In this document: positions 48,584 through 51,382 of the stretch, in pieces
Numbering within the stretch: the first letter of the stretch is position 1
Layout of the letters: every line of letters starts with the position of its first letter
NCBI GenBank assembly: GCA_964014485.1
Contig: CAXHAT010000027.1
Span: 1 to 51,382, forward strand
Source of the DNA: an uncultured Deferribacteres bacterium
Lineage (GTDB): Bacteria > Zhuqueibacterota > Zhuqueibacteria > Zhuqueibacterales > Geothermadaptataceae
Direction: 5' to 3'
DNA: 51,382 bases
The notes under the pieces: generated by a model
Told to the model about the DNA's origin: nothing
Database searches by the model: none
What the model saw: the letters and a program-made list of their open reading frames with translations, nothing else
Position numbers and translations under genes: made by a program

Positions 48584-49939
48584 ATGAGTCGTTTGCGTAA
48601 AGTCGTATGGCATGAGGGAATGCAACTTGATCCGCATCATTTTCAGCAGGAAAACCGATATTTCAATGCTTTGCTGCAAACCCAAAACAGGCTTCTTGAG
48701 CCCTTTTTTTGGGGCGTATCATCTATTGAATTTGATACGGAAGCGCTCAGCAACGGGCAAGTCGCGCTTACTTCTTGCAGCGGAATAATGCCTGACGGTT
48801 TGGTTTTTTCAATGCCGAAAGACAACCCGCTGCCCCCTGCTGAATCCATCGAGGAGCACTTCCCGACGACCAAGGAAAAAATCAGCGTTTATCTCGCCAT
48901 TCGTTCTGAAAAAGAAGGCGAAGTCAATTGTCAATTGGACGCAAACGGCAAAGGAGACGCCGCTCGATTCAACCTGGAAGAAATTAGAGTGCGAGACGAG
49001 AATGTGTTCGAAGAGCCGCATTCCGTGGGAGTCGCGCGCGCGAATTTCCAAATAAAATTTGAAGATGAATCTTTGAATGATTTCTCTTCTATCAAAATCG
49101 CGGAGATCAAGGCCCCGTCGGGCGGGGTGTACTCTTTAAACAACGATTTTATTCCGCCTTGCCTTGTTTGCTCTGCTTCAGAAAAGCTGCAAAATGACAT
49201 CAGAGATTTGCTCTACAGCATGACAAGCGCCTGCAACAATCTTAAAGAAAAAATCCCCTTTGGGAAAGAAGAATTCCCGTTTGTTGGCGTTGAAAAATTC
49301 TCAAAATTGAAAACGATGTCAAAACACATCGCTCTCCTCAATCATCTCTATCGCCGCAAGAACACCCACCCGGAAACAATTTACAGAGCGATCCTGGCGC
49401 TTGGCGGAGAATTGACCGCATTGAGTGAAAACAGCAATCATTTTAAGGCCGCCGATTTCCCTGAATACGATCAGCAGAAGCTAACGCAATGTTTTGGCGA
49501 GCTTTATCGCAGGGTCTCTATCATGGTGAAAGAGAAGAAACAGGACGTCATGTACGAAGAGATGCGCTTGCAGGCGCAACTCGACAATCCTTCGCTCTTT
49601 TTTGGTGAACTCACTGAAATGCAGCTCGCCGCCCCGCTCTATTTGGGCGTTCGGGGTGACCTGCCGGAAAACAGAATTGTCAACGACTTGCCGGAAAATA
49701 TCAAAATCGCTTCACAGGACGAGATTTTTACTATTGTTGCAGCCGGTCTCAAGGGCTGCACGCTCGGCAATGTCTTAACGCCGCCAGAAGAGCTGCCTGA
49801 ATTGACAGGGATGCATTTTTTCGTTGTCGACAAGAATACGCAGTTCTGGAATTCGATCAAGGAAAGCGGCAAAGTCGCCTTTTTCGCCGCGGAAGAATTT
49901 TCCGTTTTGGAAATGAGGCTCTATGCTTTGAAAAACTAA
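48584..49939 (+). CDS. tssK: T6SS baseplate subunit TssK
   Basis: VVWHEGMQLDPHHFQQENRY, GIMPDG, FIPPCL and HPE..Y motifs. Confidence 0.92.
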   Translation: MSRLRKVVWHEGMQLDPHHFQQENRYFNALLQTQNRLLEPFFWGVSSIEFDTEALSNGQVALTSCSGIMPDGLVFSMPKDNPLPPAESIEEHFPTTKEKISVYLAIRSEKEGEVNCQLDANGKGDAARFNLEEIRVRDENVFEEPHSVGVARANFQIKFEDESLNDFSSIKIAEIKAPSGGVYSLNNDFIPPCLVCSASEKLQNDIRDLLYSMTSACNNLKEKIPFGKEEFPFVGVEKFSKLKTMSKHIALLNHLYRRKNTHPETIYRAILALGGELTALSENSNHFKAADFPEYDQQKLTQCFGELYRRVSIMVKEKKQDVMYEEMRLQAQLDNPSLFFGELTEMQLAAPLYLGVRGDLPENRIVNDLPENIKIASQDEIFTIVAAGLKGCTLGNVLTPPEELPELTGMHFFVVDKNTQFWNSIKESGKVAFFAAEEFSVLEMRLYALKN

Positions 49940-49951
49940 TTTTTATCGCCT

Positions 49952-50076
49952 GGAGTGCAGCGCTTCAGCGTTGCTTTGAATGTTCTTACTTCTCTCGCGT
50001 AATGCGAATGCATTGCGCGTTCTCGAGCCGGATTTTGGTACTATCGCATGAGGCTTAAACGCAAGCCTTGTACTCC
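49952..50076. repeat. Degenerate GGAGTGC-type REP doublet
   Basis: GGAGTGCAGCGCTTCAGCGTTGC...GCAAGCCTTGTACTCC; the right arm resembles the cargo of MITE copy 3. Confidence 0.5.
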
Positions 50077-50105
50077 GAGGGGTTAAACAGAATAGAATTG
50101 GGAAA

Positions 50106-50798
50106 ATGCAAATGGCTGAAAAAGAAACGCTCGCCAGTTTATGCACCGAAAGTATCAAACTGATTTTGCACTTGCGCAGCACGCAGGATTACGGCGACCC
50201 GGAATTGCTCCGGCGCCGTATCAAAGACCTTCTCAGCGACCTTGAATCCGAAGCGCGCGGCGCCGGCATTGACAGTTCGGATATCAACGGGGCGCGCTTT
50301 GCGCTCGTCGCTTTCATTGATGAATCGATCTCCCTCTCGAACTGGCCGCAGAAAAACGCCTGGATGGCGCAGCCGCTGCAACGTGAATTGTTTACCGTCT
50401 TCAACGCCGGTGAAGTCTTTTTCGAACGCTTGAACGATTTTCGCCGCAAGCCGGATGACAATCATCAAGTGATCGAAGTTTATCAGTTGTGTCTTATGCT
50501 TGGTTTTCGGGGAAAATACTACCTCGAGCCGGACAAATTGCGCGCCTTGATGGAAGAAGTTTACCGCGAGATTTACGGCGCCACTAAAACAAAGACCGTT
50601 ATCCTTTCCCCAAGCGGCCACCTCGACGACGGCGAACGCAAAAAGAAAAAGTCGCGCGTGCCGCTTTGGGTTTATCCGGTTGCCGCCGTTGTGATCGGAA
50701 TATTCATGTATTTCATCCTGTCCAACCCTGTTTCCACGCAGGAAAAATCACTCAATAAAAAATTGGCCGAGACGATAGAGCCGAACGGAGGGCAATGA
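50106..50798 (+). CDS. tssL: T6SS DotU/TssL (short form, no OmpA domain)
   Basis: ARFALVAFIDE, W...PLQ..F...AGEVFF and EVYQLCLMLGFRGKY motifs; C-terminal TM helix. Confidence 0.92.
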   Translation: MQMAEKETLASLCTESIKLILHLRSTQDYGDPELLRRRIKDLLSDLESEARGAGIDSSDINGARFALVAFIDESISLSNWPQKNAWMAQPLQRELFTVFNAGEVFFERLNDFRRKPDDNHQVIEVYQLCLMLGFRGKYYLEPDKLRALMEEVYREIYGATKTKTVILSPSGHLDDGERKKKKSRVPLWVYPVAAVVIGIFMYFILSNPVSTQEKSLNKKLAETIEPNGGQ

Positions 50799-51336
50799 TG
50801 TTCTGGCAGACTTTTAAAAACCAACGCTGGTGGATGATTCTCATTTTTGTCGCGGCAATCGCGTTTGTGACAGCCGGGTGGCTTAATTGGATTTTCGAAG
50901 AGATTATCGATTCTACCTGGATCATGGGGTTCGTTATTATTCTCCTCGCCTGGCTTGTTGTCATTACTTTTCAAATGTTCAAGGCCGTGCAGGGCGCTGC
51001 ATCGTTAGAAAATTCTATTCTTGCCCCTGGACAAATGTTTGGCGAGAAGCCGGGCAAGCAAAAAGAAATCGAAGAATTTCAGGAAAAGCTCAAGGAAACG
51101 ATTGACGAAATCAAGAATCGCAAAGGTTTTTGGGGGCGAAGAACCGCGCTTTACTCGATGCCCTGGTACATGTTTATCGGCCCTCCCGCGGCGGGAAAAA
51201 CAACAGCAGTAAAAAACTCCGGGCTCGACTTTGTCCAGCAAAACGAGCCGTTTCGCGGCGTTGGCGGCACGCGCAACTGCGACTGGTGGTTCTCCACCTC
51301 AGCCATTTTCCTCGACACCGCGGGACGCTACATGAC
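50795..51336 (+). CDS. tssM: T6SS membrane subunit TssM/IcmF (5' part, truncated at contig end; absent from the ORF track)
   Basis: My translation: MMFWQ...two TM helices...LYSMPWYMFIGPPAAGKTTAVKNSGL...GVGGTRNCDWWFSTSAIFLDTAGRY. Confidence 0.92.
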
Positions 51337-51382
51337 CTGTCTCTTATACACATCTCCGAGCCCACGAGACTCCATTGCATCG
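51337..51382 (+). other. Illumina Nextera adapter (Tn5 mosaic end, i7 side): sequencing artefact
   Basis: CTGTCTCTTATACACATCTCCGAGCCCACGAGAC followed by index-like TCCATTGC and ATC. Confidence 0.97.

Noticed and set aside
51337..51355. Genuine Tn5/IS50 end inserted in tssM
   Set aside because: It continues into the synthetic adapter CCGAGCCCACGAGAC.
1..51382. tRNA, rRNA or known riboswitch genes
   Set aside because: None recognised by eye; a tRNAscan-SE/Rfam run is needed to exclude them formally.

Overview
A 51.4 kb bacterial contig, apparently whole: it begins inside a repeat element and ends in a Nextera adapter. The organism is probably an FCB-group bacterium (KSB1/Calditrichota-like), inferred from four proteins with PNPFNP-type T9SS C-terminal sorting domains and a fused Kgd. 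Housekeeping and metabolic genes include lpdA, lipB, ypdA, modBC, corA, pyk, glycerate kinase, GH57 and kgd. T9SS cargo proteins are a GH16-malectin enzyme, a multi-CBM protein, an S8 protease and a DUF4331 protein. The window also holds three solitary toxin-antitoxin modules, an ECF sigma/anti-sigma pair and the start of a proteobacterial-type T6SS (fha-tssJ-tssK-tssL-tssM). The most unusual content is non-coding. (i) A REP-associated tyrosine transposase (RAYT) sits in an array of 124-bp four-hairpin units. (ii) A MITE family with CTGATGTTAC terminal inverted repeats and 7-bp target duplications carries two different REP doublets as cargo. (iii) Hairpin cores are flipped between copies in three unrelated repeat families. 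All calls come from reading the sequence; no searches were run.
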